A DNA stretch of 59,275 nucleotides, filler included, from Dugesia japonica (lineage: Eukaryota): NCBI GenBank assembly GCA_001938525.1. It is 5 parts of 5 records of this genome, joined end to end, with 100 filler letters (N's around TTAATTAATTAA, not from the genome) between each part and the next. Parts side by side here need not be neighbours in the genome. Positions count along the whole stretch, not along the records: positions 38,846 to 59,275 come from MQRL01628381.1; 4 more parts are not named here. One strand, given 5' to 3'. A program made the translations under genes and the position numbers. Positions 39,830-53,409 of this stretch are shown in pieces. How positions within the stretch are numbered: the stretch's first letter is position 1; every line of letters starts with the position of its first letter. The notes beneath the pieces are model-generated. The model ran no database searches, was not told the DNA's origin, and saw nothing but the letters and a program-made list of their open reading frames with translations.

Positions 39830-41324
39830 CCAAGCGTTTCAAGTAGTGGGTGAAAATTAATAGAAATTTCACAGAAGTCATAAATTTTTAAACTTTGATA
39901 AAATATTTCATACTTAATTTTTACTATGTCTAAGGATTTCAGTTGTAATTATGCATGTGTCTTCGTTTAGATTAATAAACGTTGTTACACATATTTGTTT
40001 GATAGTTTCAAGCCATCGATTCTTGACAATAGAGTACTTAAAATTTCATTGTTATTTAGTCAAATTCAGAAATAGGTCTACTATAGATACACGTATTTAA
40101 TTAATTTTAATTAATATTATTACTTAATTATAACTTTTTATAGATATACACAAAATATATACGAATTCCATAAGTAATTCCATTAAATTGTATATAGACC
40201 CACAACTAAATGATGGACAAAGTTTCATTAAGATTTATAAAAAACAATAAAGATGTGACAAATGAAATTATTAATTATTGTTAAATTATTATTAATTAAA
40301 TAAAGGTGTGACAAATTTCCATTAATTGTCTTAATTTGCGTAAGCTTTATAGATTTCAGAGTTTAGTAAGAGATACAGAAAATCATTAAATACAATAAAC
40401 AAGTCGATAGAGTAACCAAATGGGTACAGAAAATCAATGTGTTACAGTAAACCCCACGAATTTTAGTAAACCCATGGATAAAGTAAGCCAATGTGACACA
40501 ATAAACCTATGTGCTTCAGTAAATCAATGAATAGAGTAAATTAGTGGATTTAACTGGTAGTATTTTATCACAGTACTTGATAAAATCAGTCATTTATACT
40601 AAATTATTGTATTAGTTTTAGACTGTTAATAGAATCCAGACCAATTATGATCAACGAAAGATATAATTTTAATTTAAATAAATCTTTTAGTATAAATTAT
40701 ATGTATGATTTTGATATTATTTAAATGTAAACTAAATTATTTTAAAGCAAATTGAGTTATTTCAACGTTTTTAAATATTATAATGATAATTTTATTAATG
40801 AAATAGCTTTACAAATAGAATTAATTTAAATTAATTTTAATTAATTAATTATTATTTGATTGTGATCATTTCTTATTATTGTTATTTTAATTATTATTAT
40901 TTTTATTAGTAATAATTGTTTCTAATCATTGTTGAAAATTTTACTATTATTTATCAGTGCAAATAGATTTAAATTTATTTTAAAATTAATAATGATTATT
41001 TTAAATAATAATTAATTAAAATTTTATTATTATTATAACTATTATTATTATTTATTATAATTAATTATTAAACAATTACTGAAAAATATTTTGATGAAAA
41101 CATAAAAAAACTTAAAACAGTAAATATTTTTCATTTTCATTGTTAATTTCTAACAAAAATAATATTGTGTAATAAATAAAAATAGCAAATACAATCACTT
41201 TTTTATTATGTAATTTATCGATTGACATTTTAATCATCCAATTCATTTGACCCCAATCACGTTATTATGTAAAATAACGGCTCACATACTATAATTATAA
41301 TTTTTTATTATTCATTTTATGATT

Positions 41325-41328
41325 ATTG

Positions 41329-41388
<60 letters not shown>

Positions 41389-41715
41389 NNNNNNNNNNNN
41401 NNNNNNNNNNNNNNNNNNNNNNNNNNNNNNNNNNNNNNNNNNNNNNNNNNNNNNNNNNNNNNNNNNNNNNNNNNNNNNNNNNNNNNNNNNNNNNNNNNNN
41501 NNNNNNNNNNNNNNNNNNNNNNNNNNNNNNNNNNNNNNNNNNNNNNNNNNNNNNNNNNNNNNNNNNNNNNNNNNNNNNNNNNNNNNNNNNNNNNNNNNNN
41601 NNNNNNNNNNNNNNNNNNTTAATTACAATTATTTTTATTATTATTTTAATTATTTTAATTATTATAATAATTTTAATTAATATTTTAATTATTATAATTA
41701 TTTTAATTATTATTG
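41325..41715. repeat. (TTA)n microsatellite spanning a gap
   Basis: Perfect TTA run before the gap, degenerate after it. Confidence 0.95.
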
Positions 41716-42624
41716 TTAGTTGGGTTTTGAAAACTCATCGAGTCATTAACATCAGAATTCAAATTCATTACAACTATTTATTAATATAAAACGATAACCA
41801 TGCGCTACCACACTTCAAGCAAAATCCAACCATCCAACCCCATATGTCCTTTAGACAATATATAGATCGAATTTTTGTCCAACCACAACCAAATCTTAAA
41901 AACCCTTGAAAAACTATTTTCATGATCTCCAGCTTCCACTCGAGTCCAAATTCAGTCTTTCACACACATACACACAACCACACAAAGAAACTCAACTTGA
42001 CCTAATTTTTTAAATCCCCTATAGCAACCCAAACAAACACAAATTTTAAATTTTAAAAATACACATACTTAGGACCAAAAAACACTGATCTGATCAAAAC
42101 GTTTTGATCCGTTCAAAAGAATTTCTGATCTCAAAGTATTAAAAAAAACCATCACAAAATTTCGGTCACTATCGTAATCAATTGTCGAGACCTTATCTGA
42201 AATATGTTATAAATTTTATTCTAAATCAAATGCTATCATTTTTAGAACGATACGATAAGGTTTGACAGAGAAATTTAAAAAGCAAGGTCAAGTGTTTCTG
42301 TGCGCCACCACCTTTTCTCGGAGAACCAAGATTATTTTTTTAGTACCTATTAAACAAAAGATGTTTAGTTTTTAGTTCTATGATGATAAATACCAAATTC
42401 GAAACCATACGATGAAATTTGATTAAAAATTAAAAAAACCAATTTTCGATATTCGACCTTTCCAAGCAAAAATTCAACCGTTCCAACATGAATTCGAAAA
42501 CATTTGTCATGTATTCGTCACGTTCAATTAAAATCCTACTTGTCAAAAACATCAAAACAATTAAATTGTCAAAAACCGTTGGCGCCGGAAGGGTATTGTT
42601 CCAGTGTGGCACTATATATCTACT
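41716..42624 (-). mobile_element. Non-coding Maverick-type element related to the 45.5-kb foldback; terminus at 42624
   Basis: End reads AGTAGATATATAGTGCCACACTGGAAC on the minus strand; shares ACTGATCTGATCAAAA, GATCTCCAG and CACACAACCACAC blocks with the foldback. Confidence 0.75.
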
Positions 42625-43620
42625 GGCAACACAATGATGTGCTTAAACTACTCGCTAGGTTTACTAGAGCCAACACTTGCTATAAAGTCATCGTTGATCA
42701 GACCTGTGACCTTGTTAAGATGAATTATTGCGTTGACTTGCAACTAATAAATAGTGCGGGAAAGCGAATGATTTTACTGGATGGAAAGATTCCCTATGAT
42801 ACATCCAGTAATCTAAAATTAGAGAGAGACTTAAACATTGTCAAATACACACCACTCAATGAGAAAATTCAGAACAACCTAACCAAATGGAAACTTCTCC
42901 TTGAAAGGATCTCAATCAGGTGTCTGGGATCATGGTGCTTAGAAAATGAGCATGTACTCAAATAGGTTGGGTTCCATCCTAACACTATAAAATCATTCGC
43001 TCTTGTCTCGATCAGAAAGGACATAGCTTGGTCGAGCAATCATTGGAGATTCCGCAACGGACAAGCTGGCAATCTGGACATTGAAGAAATAGAAGAATCT
43101 AGAGCCAAAATGTATGAGTTGGATGAAACTAATAAAGGTTCCAAACCAAAAAAGTTACCAAAGGTTTCTTTACGCTATTTTCCTTTTCTTCTCATTTCGT
43201 TTTCTTTTAACAAAGTTTTAAGCTGGCCAAACCAGGACATGATTAAGCCTGGAGAGGATTTTCTAACCTGAAATATGGTATTGTATATTGCAGCGTATTA
43301 ATACGTGTAGTCCCTGTAGACTTATTTTACACTTTATCTTTTCTATATAACTTTTTATCTATAAGGCTTGAATATTAGAATGTCATGTGAGTAGCATTCA
43401 TATTGCACTATTTGCTCACTTGTAATGGACACATACTTTGTATGTAACGCAACATATTATTCATTTATCTTTCATACTTCATGTAAATTTCATAAATATT
43501 TTTAATACTTCTATACAATTTCATAAAATGTTTTTTATACTTCTAAATAATTGTATAAAATGTTTTAATACTTCTATACTCAAGGTTTAATTTATTGAAT
43601 AAAGAATTCATTACATTACA
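42625..43620 (+). mobile_element. 3' fragment of an R2/NeSL-like non-LTR retrotransposon (restriction-like endonuclease + 3' UTR)
   Basis: (R)HNDVL, VDL...D.KIPYD, KY.PL, LGSW...N..VL..VG motifs; AATAAA near 43600. ORF 42504-42965 is a chimera across the insertion point. Confidence 0.85.
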
Positions 43621-44408
43621 ATTTGAATTCAACATGTAAAAATATGAGTTTTATCTTATGAAAAATAGATATCATTTCAATAAAACCATTAACTATTTAT
43701 TTTCAGCTTAGCTTGCTCATTGGTTTCTCTGTGTGCACGTTTGTTTTTTTAGTTCCATTTTCTTTTAAATACTTAACTATCAGTTACATTAAAAATCAAA
43801 CTTTAGATTATAACTTAAACATCATTATATGGTTTCAATATGGAAAATATATGTTTCTACATTAGAGAATAATAAACTTATCATAGACAATACCAGTTTT
43901 ACCATTAGAAAATATTAGTTTGGGCATAGAAAATATTTAGTAAAGTATATCTAGTCACTGATTATATTACATTTATTTTATACATGCAGTCATTTAATAT
44001 GCTTAATTTATCTATGTTTTATCAATTTTCACTTACTTTTTCACCTTATCCCCAACTTTAATCAGTTTTCATGATTAACACTCGTTTTTCATTATTTACC
44101 ACTATTTAGCCATAAACAGCTATATTTCCCCTTGTTGTACACCATCTCCGATCATTTAGCTATATTTTTAATATTTAACAATATTTTCTCAATCTTCTTT
44201 TGAGTTTTAATATACATTTTCACCTCATATGTTCATGGACCCTGTTAAGTGAGTTTGGAAATCTCGTCGAATCATTAACATCAGAATTCAACTCCATATA
44301 TTTGTTGGGGTCCCACCTGAGTTGAGCGACAAAAAAGGTGGCTGGGGAAAAAACAGCCCTCAGAGGAACCCTTTCGAGAATTTAACCTACCGTATCTGTG
44401 TCAGGTTT

Positions 44409-44897
44409 TCAGTTCATGGTGGTTGACCACACCCACAAACCTTTATTTTCGGGTTCAATATTTTCCCTAATATATAAAGATTTAAACCAATAATTTTTTG
44501 AACATTTATTATTTAAAACGCTGGGATCTAGCCATTGATCTGGATCATTTATTGTAAAATTAAACGCCGCATAATCAACCGCATCGTTCCACTGTACCCA
44601 AGTTGGGTTACCGATTTGACGAGAAAGATCAGCTAAATACTGCTTTAAAAAATCGATCTTCCTTATCAGCAGTTGTTTGTTTTCGTCGTCTAGCGCCTTA
44701 GTTTGGACTGCCAAATCGTTTTGTTTTTTAACGATTAAGTCTAACTTTTTAATAAGTTTGTCACGTTGGCCAAGATGTTTTAAAAGAGTCTTATCTGCTT
44801 TGCGCTTTAAGTGGCGTTCCAACAACAAACGACGCATGATCCGGTGGCACCTTCGTAAACTTGTGTTTTTAAAAATTATATTAATGTTATATATCAC
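44409..44897 (-). CDS. Unknown basic coiled-coil protein (intact frame, probably an exon), element-borne
   Basis: 162-codon open frame in very AT-rich DNA; homologous to decayed 9975-10314. Confidence 0.65.
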   Translation of the reverse strand: MIYNINIIFKNTSLRRCHRIMRRLLLERHLKRKADKTLLKHLGQRDKLIKKLDLIVKKQNDLAVQTKALDDENKQLLIRKIDFLKQYLADLSRQIGNPTWVQWNDAVDYAAFNFTINDPDQWLDPSVLNNKCSKNYWFKSLYIRENIEPENKGLWVWSTTMN

Positions 44898-45543
44898 ATT
44901 TTAGGAAATTTTTTGATCTTCTCTACGTTTCTTTCAAGACATTTTTCGTTTGTATCTTCCATAATGAAACGTCTGTTGTGAACTTTCCTCTTAATCTTAT
45001 AGGGTCCTTCATAACGATTTTGGTTCTTGTTTCTTGTTTCACTTCACTAAATTCAGGAATAGAAAATATTTAATATAGTAAATCTAGTCACTAATTATAC
45101 TGTATTTATTCTATACATAGTCATTTAATATGCTTAATTTGTCTACGTTTTGACTTATTTTCTTACCATTTCTGATACTTTAGTCATTTTTGACCATTTA
45201 CCATATATTTCCTTGACTTACCCCTATTAAGCTATATTTAACATATTTTCACTGATTTCTATTATGTTTTAATGCATATTTTCATAGACCTCACTTCAAT
45301 AATCTTTAAAACGTGGCATATATTAATAAAAGAAGACAATATGGCTGAGTGAGACCTAGTAAGATGATTTTTATTTAAAATAATATAACTATGTCAGTAT
45401 ATTTTAATCATCTTATTATCCTGCTGCTTCTTTGCTTGCTCTTTGGTTTTTATGGGTATCTCTTTCTTTTAAATACCTTATATTCAGATATATTGTTAAA
45501 GAATAATAGTTCAACATGGAAAATACGGATCTCGCCATTAGAA

Positions 45544-46658
45544 AGTAGATGGATAGTAGCGCACTGGAAGACTTTTTTTTGATCGATTCCCCCCCCCCAT
45601 TTTTTTGTTTAAATGAGGTAAATTTTTTTTTAAATTAAGTCAAAGTAATTATTTTTGTTTAAATTGAGTGAAATTATTAGATTTTTGTTTAAATTAACGA
45701 AATTAGTGATTCTTTGTTTAAATTAATCAAAATTAAATGATTGTTTTTTTAAATTTAAAGAAATGAATAACTTTTGAGTTTCTTCATGGAAAAGTTATTG
45801 AAAAGCTTATATCTCGTTTAATTAAACAAAATTTATCGAATGTGATTTTCTCCTCGGAAACACATTACGCTTGAGCTGCGTTTTTTGACATGATTTTTGT
45901 ATTCGTTTTTTTATTCCTAAGATTTTTGGGATCAAAAACATTTTTTTATCGAATCAGTTTTTTTATCCTGGGTGTGTGTGCGTATTTTTAAATTTTTTTG
46001 TATGTTTGGATTGCTAAGGTAGTTTTAAAAAAGTAGGTCAAGTTTTTTTTGTGTGTGTGGTTGTGTGTGTAAGAGTAGAAAAACAAGTAGGAGGAACTGG
46101 AGATCTTGGAAATAATTTTTTGTAGTTTTAAAGATTTGGTTGTAGTTGGACAAAAATTTGACCTTCTTTTTAAAAACCACCTTAGGAATCCAAACACACA
46201 CAAAAATCAAAAATACGCACACACACTCAGGATAAAAAAAACTGATCTGATCAAAAAAATTTTTTGATCCCAAAAATCTTAGGAATAAAAAAACGAACAC
46301 AAAAATCATGTCAAAAAAACGCAGCTCAAGCGTAATGTGTTTCCGAGGAGAAAATCACATTCGATAAATTTTGTTTAATTAAACGAGANNNNNNNNNNNN
46401 NNNNNNNTTTCCATGAAGAAACTCAAAAGTTATTCATTTCATTAAATTTAAACAAACAATCATTTAATTTCGATTAATTTAAACAAAAATCCAATAATTT
46501 CACTCAATTTAAACAAAAATAATTACTTTGACTTAATTTAAAAAAAATTCACCTCATTTAAACAAAAAGAATGGGGGGGAACGGTCGAAAATAAAAAATC
46601 TTCCGAAATTTTTTTTTCATTCGGGGAGGGTGTTCCAGTGCGATACTATCCATCTAAT
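45544..46658. mobile_element. Non-autonomous Maverick-type foldback element, about 500-bp inverted arms, about 100-bp spacer, 6-bp TSD TTAGAA
   Basis: Left end AGTAGATGGATAGTAGCGCACTGGAA, right end TTCCAGTGCGATACTATCCATCTAAT; TTAGAA at 45538-45543 and 46659-46664; arms are near-perfect reverse complements. Confidence 0.92.
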
Positions 46659-48249
46659 TTAGAAATACTTGATTCAACATTGAAAATATTAGCTTTAATA
46701 GATTATTTTTTTTGGTGTTATCAATAAGAACAGGATTTTATCATGAAAAAGTAGGTTTGGCAATGGTAAATATAGGATTTATCGAGCAAAATAATGGTTT
46801 TATCATGAAAATATATGTTTAATGGAAAATAAGGGTTTTATCATTGAGTGTAAGACCATTAAATTAGATATATTCAAAACACTACATTAAGATTTACTGA
46901 AATTTTCAACACATAGACCAACACATGGATAACCGAGTAATATCTATTCAATGTTTCTGATAAAAACTAGGGTTCACTTCATTCTCAGTAAGTTTCTTTG
47001 CTTTAACGTAGAAAAATGATAAGTAAGGGTAAGAGTGAGAAGCATTAAATTTACTAAACCTCGTGAAATTCAATCTGAGATTTTATAGTACTCAATAAAG
47101 AGTTTAAGAAATTAAACAGTAGTCGATAAAAAGTTTATGAAATTGCACAGAAATCGATATTCCTTTCAAGTCCTATGTAAATTAATGGGAAAATTTATCT
47201 AAAAGTGACTAGAAGTATCTTAATATTTTATGAATTTGCACAGTAGTCACAAATGTTTAAATAAAATTTGAGAAATATGAATTAATTTTAGAATTATAAT
47301 TTTGAAATAAGAATAAGACTTTTAATGAAAATTTGAAATAAAATTTTTAATGAATATAATTACTTTTAGAATTGTAATTTTGATATTAGATTTTGACTTT
47401 TCTTTATTATTATTATTGGTATTACACATATATCTTAATTAACTATTTATTAATAATCATTTATTATTATTGTTAGATTTAGAAATAGAGTTAAGCACAA
47501 AATATATATTCTTAAACAAAATGATACAAAATGTAACAAATATATAGCTTTTGAGNNNNNNNNNNNNNNNNNNNNNNNNNNNNNNNNNNNNNNNNNNNNN
47601 NNNNNNNNNNNNNNNNNNNNNNNNNNNNTTATCACATACATATGTTAATTTACTTATATAAAGGTCAATATGAAATATTATATTATTAATCATATCTCAC
47701 ATTCCTCTCTTTTAAAGTGTTTTGACCATTCAATATTTCTTATTATTCTTTTATCATTAGTAAGTTGTAATTAAAGTGTTTCTTAAAACATTAAATTTAT
47801 TAACACTTTATTAATTAAGGTCAACTTATTTTTAATGTACCCGGGAGCGACTTGTATTTTTATCATATGAGATTTACTAATTTAAATTAAATTGTACTCT
47901 AGAAATAAGTTGATCCACTATTACAATCTAAAAGTCTAAAAATTATAACCAACTAAAAAGCTTGAAATTATTAACGATTAAAAAGTCTTAGCATTATCAT
48001 CACCTAAAACGTTTGAAAACGTTAACCAGATAACAAACAAACAAACCAGATTGATTGATCAAATTTTTATTAATTAAATATTTTACTTTGAAAAATGAAT
48101 TAATCTTATTATTTGGTTTTTACAGGGTTTCTATTATTTTTTAATATTCCTCAGGGACTCCCAAATAAAGTAATTGTTTCTTCTATATAACTTTTTATGT
48201 ATAAGGTTTGTTGATTTTTAACTGTGTTATTCGTACTCACCGTAAATTT

Positions 48250-49066
48250 CCTATCGTATAGTATAAATTTCAATACATTCTGAGTTTCTTTAGATATTTA
48301 AAAAAAAGTATCAACAAACCCGGGAAGGCGGCAGTACATATTCGTTAGGAAGGATTTTCCGGAGACGATATTTAAACTTTACACAGTCACCATATTTGCC
48401 TGAATAAAATAATACCAAATTTGAATCGATAGTGGACATCAGTGCACAAAAATCAGAGCGCTAAAAGCTGAATTTTGAGATATTTTAACCACAAAATCCC
48501 ATTTATTTCATCAACTATTAAATTAAGTTAACTTTAGGTTAACACATCTGGAATCAGCGAACCATTCTCTATTGAATAGACAACTTTTTAACCTATTTGA
48601 GAAGAAAAAATCTTTTCGAAAAATTTTTAATGGTGCAAAATAATCGTGGTAAAATTCTCAGCAGTTTGGTATAAAAATCTTTGAAATCTGAGATATAGAA
48701 CATATTTTCTCAAAAATTTAGACTGTTCACCCAGACTCCCATAAAAAATTCATTCAAAATTTTTTTAATTTTTCATATTATTTAAACAAAATAAACGGCT
48801 TGCTCGGATTCCTGAAATAAATTTCCTTAAAAAATTTTTGCCAACTAAAAAGCTTGAAAAAATATTGCAGCTTAAAAAAGAATAAAAAATTTCCCAAATA
48901 AAACCACATAAAACGTAGAGCCACTTAATTAAGTAATATTACCTAATAAGATGTCATTTTTTAAAATTCCCAACTAAATGCATTAGAATTAAGTTTCATT
49001 ACATCACTAATCCGTCGGGGGGATTACTGAATGTGTACTGGTAATGTTCGCTACTATTCATCTACT
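48250..49066 (-). mobile_element. Maverick-type right terminus; same family as the 58795 terminus
   Basis: Reverse complement AGTAGATGAATAGTAGCGAAC..CAGTACACATTCAGTAATCCCCCC versus CAGCACACATTCAGCAAACCCCCC at ~58820. The left boundary is approximate. Confidence 0.65.
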
Positions 49067-49471
49067 TATAATTAATTAATAATTATTTAAAGATTTCTAA
49101 ACGTTATCAACGTTTATAAATGAAAGTTGTTTTAAATTCATCTTTATTCAAAATACTCAAAAACTGTTAATTAAAATTAAAGAAAAAATATAAATGATGT
49201 TTAAAATAGTATTGAAAAAGAAGTTACAAAAATATATTCCAAAGCGAACCGTGACGATAAAGAATACAAAAAATAAATTAAAACAATTTTTATTTCGGCT
49301 TTCATTGAATACAAACAATTCACATAATAGTTTATTGTCCATGAAAAAATTGTAATTTTTCTATGTTATGCTAGCAAAATTGATGAAAAGATGTGCAATT
49401 CAAATGCTGTAAAAGTAATCATATAAAATGAATTTATTTATCATTTCCGTTATTATTTAGATATAATCATA

Positions 49472-50384
49472 ATGTTTCATTTTATCATTTTCTTATTGAT
49501 AATTAGTGTTGTATATTGCGATATTTATGAATCTGCGGATTCNTGTATTTTCAATAATATGACAACAGTAAATGCGAATTCCAATATCAAATGTGGAATA
49601 GAATGTAGTCTTAGACAATGTAAAGCATTCAAATTTAATTCGATTGAAAAATATTGTAATTTATACAAATTTTCTGAAATTTGTCAATCAAATACAAATT
49701 GCACAAACAATACTGTTTTCATTAATGATCGATACAATAATTTAGTAATATATTTTATTTAATAAATATATTCATTGATTTATATTCTAATTTCAGTATG
49801 AAAGTGATAATATTGGATTCAGATATAAAATATTGAATGGAGTTAATTATATATATGATGACGGGTACCCATCTGTATTCAATATTAATGATTCTAATGC
49901 AGCTGGTCCTTTGCTAGTTGGAAACTCAAACAAAGTAATAATGGCATTGGGAACATTTGGAAATAGTAAATTAATTTTGTATCCAAAATCCGGTTTTGTT
50001 ACAAAATTAGCTCAGTCTAAATTAAATAATTCTCGATTGATTACGAATATGTTGAAATATTTTTCAAATGGAAATTGTTCTGATCCAAAGGATTGTTATC
50101 ATTCAATTGTTTATTATGATAATTTTACTAATTTAAAAAATCAGGTATTTGGTGTAGATCAAAATTCAACATTCAATTTGACAGATTTGTTGAGCCAACC
50201 AAATATTGATAATTGGCATTTTATTGTTTCAGGAACATTTTGGACCATTCCAAATTTGCCAGATATTTATAAATTGGTCAATTTATATGGCTTGTGTATT
50301 ACAACAGGTTATGAGACCAGTGATTTCTTAGTGAGAGGAAATATTTGTGAAAATATTACAACTTATAAAAATGATAAATGTTGA
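49472..50384 (+). CDS. Secreted protein, 286 aa: signal peptide + PAN/Apple-like domain + TCAF/FAM115 N-terminal-like domain (exons 49472-49744, 49797-50384; 52-nt intron)
   Basis: Phase-0 GT..AG intron joins two ORFs; hydrophobic N-terminus; C...C....CKAFKFN....CNL PAN pattern; ILNGV......PS.F.I.....PLLV.....IMA...G.SKLI pattern. Confidence 0.8.
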
Positions 50385-50689
50385 AAATGATAATTTTATT
50401 AGTGAGATTTCTCAGTTAGTTATGAAATTTAGGATTGCAAACTGTTAATTCTTAGGAAAATTATTTTGATTATTGATTTTAAAATGTTTCGTTTTGGTTT
50501 TATTTATTCGTTTATGATTGCAACATTGTTTTAATATATTTTCATTCGCATCATTTACAAATAAATGCTGACATTGATAATCTCGACAAAAATCCCTCTT
50601 AATTTATATTTATGATGATTTCTGTTGAGTTTATTAATTTTATTTTGAAATTAAATATGATAAAACTTAAACAATACTCAAGCATTATA

Positions 50690-51145
50690 GTAGGTGGAAG
50701 TGTTAGCTTTAAACCAGATGATTGACAGTTCACATCACATCTTATAATATAAACAACAATAGTATGTGGTTAAGTGGACTCAAGAACAAGATGTTTACAT
50801 TATCTCAGGTGTAAACATTTACACGTTAATATAAACTATGAAATTGACACCTTCAGATCAGATTAATGTAAACAGTGGGCATTGTTACCCAAGATGTGAA
50901 TTTTCACACCTTTAAAATAAACAAACTTAGATGTGAAATTATACACTTCAGTTAACCTCAAATACATATTTTTATTGTTTTAATTAACATAAAAATTTTC
51001 ACAACTTATTATACTTCTATTAGAAATTTAAAGCGTTGAGCATTACTATATAAAATACATTATTATTATTTTTATTAATAATATTATTAAAAATGTTTTT
51101 ATAGCAGTGAATTTTCACACCTTTGGCATGAACTTTCACATCTTA
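50690..51145. repeat. Array of about six imperfect palindromes GATGTGAATTTTCACACCT
   Basis: Variants near 50808, 50838, 50893, 50930, 51106 and 51128. Confidence 0.6.
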
Positions 51146-53409
51146 ATCTAAACTACGAAAAATTATTCTATTATTTTGTATTGACGTGGGAATATTATAA
51201 AAATTTTTGTTGTTATTTAAATGTACTTTTTTAAAGATATTAATTGTCACACATTAGTATAAACTTTTTCATTAGATTCACGTGAAATAATGAGCCTCAA
51301 ATATTATTTTTAACCATATATATTTGTTATATTAGTATATGAATTTTCTCTCTACTAGCGTGACCGTGAGAATTTTAGAGTTACACATTATTCACATTTA
51401 TCGAGCATAACTATAGATATAAACCTTAATATTTAAATGCTATTTTTAACGTAAAAATATATTAAAATTTTATTATTTCTTTAAAAAAAAATTTTTATAC
51501 CTATATACTTATGGTACTTATATAAAGAAACATTTATTAATACTATAAAAAAAATTTAGAAATTAAAAATATCACTATATAAATAATGATCATAATCATT
51601 TTTTAATAAAAATTTCAAATATCCTAATATTTATATTTAAATGTTTCTTATAAGTGTAAAAATTCATAGCCATGGGCAAACTATGATATTTTAAATGCGT
51701 ATACATTTTCACATTATTTTTTTATAATTATTAAGATGTTTTTGTAGATGTGAATTAACCATATAAATTTAAAAATTAATCCCTTACTTGATTATAAAAC
51801 ATTTTAAATAAAAATGAAGGCGTTNATCAAATAATATTAAAACAAATATATTTTGAAATTAAATTGAATCAAATCTAATACAATATTAAGTTAGAATAGT
51901 AAATAAATTATAGATGCTACTTTATAAAATAAAAGCTTTTACATTCAAGAAAATTTTTAATATTGGTTAAAATTAATTATAAATAAGTAAAATATATATA
52001 TAAAGAAATATAATTTAAAATAAATATTATTATGAAATTACTTATTTTAATCAAATTATTATACAAGGTTAGAAACATGTAATCAAAGGTTAGAATATTG
52101 TTGCAAAGGTCAAAAAATTTAAATGACACAATTGCATTGTAATGACATGATTTCATTGTATATAAAGCATCATATTTTTGTAATTATTATTACACAAAAC
52201 AAGAAATAGCAATGGTACGTAAATTTGTTTATTATTATTCATTATCATTTTTCTTATTTTCAGACTCCTCGACAGATTTTTAATGAGAAATTTGCAAAGA
52301 TAATAGCTGAGGTAAAGGAATATGAACAAAGAATAATCAATGAAAATGCGATGAAATACATTGAAGAACAACACAATCTCAGAGATCAATTAATGATTCA
52401 AAACCGGAGGGCATAGGAAATTGCTCAAAAGATATTGGAGAAAATCAAATATTTGCTACAAAGGTTACGACTATATGAAGAATTATAAATATAGTTGTTA
52501 AAAAAATATTTTTATAAATATTATTGTGAGTTTTCCTTTTATTCATGGTTTATTATTTTAAAGGTTTATTTTCATGGTTTATTATTATAATTAGCAGCAT
52601 AGGTTTATCAATTATTATAAAAATTATTATAAATACAGTTATCAATTATGAAATCTAAAATTATTATTATCATTATTATTATCTAAATATTATTATTATC
52701 AAAAATATTATTATTAGCAAAATATTATTATTATTAGCAAGACTAAACCTTAATAAGCAATATAAGTTTAGGTGTGTATACATGTATGGATTTGATTGGG
52801 TAATGNAAGTTTAACATGATTGGTTTAACCTTTAGATAATTGGTCTTAACTTTAATACTCATCTCATTAAAATGGAAGCCATCCTATTGAATTTATATAA
52901 CATGAAAATTGAAAATATCGAGGTGAAGAAATAACAGTGGTCAGCATATGATGAACTACTTTTATTAAATTAAGCATTAATTTCAAAAGCTAATTACTGA
53001 TTTCATACATATGCTAATAAGTCTTCTAAATTCATTTTCTCATATATTACGTAAACAATACTTTCATACAAATTGAACCTGATTTTCTATACAATTAACC
53101 ATCATAAATTTAATTTATTTAATAACTATTCTATACAAGTCTATTGAACACTTTTAAACTGGATACAATCAATAAGCCAATTGTTGCAAATTATAATTAA
53201 ATTATGCCCCTGGCATTTGGATTTTATTCATATTAGTCATAAAGCAAAGAAATGATGGAAATATTTTTACAAATTACTAAACGTGTTTGTTTTTAATTTT
53301 TAGAGGAAAGAAAAAATGGAGAAAGCAGAGGAGCAGACGAGTTTTATAAAGAGGTGCACGAAGAAATGCAGGCAGATGGTGATGATGAAAGTTAAATGAT
53401 TATATTATT

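Noticed and set aside
41319-41789. Poly-Ile/Leu ORFs
   Set aside because: Translations of a (TTA)n microsatellite and N-gap.
42504-42965. Single 153-aa gene
   Set aside because: Chimeric frame: the first ~40 codons are the non-coding terminus of an inserted element, the rest is retrotransposon endonuclease.
52225-53400. Short charged exons as a host gene
   Set aside because: Premature stop, no recognisable motif, and embedded in repeat arrays; cannot be assigned.
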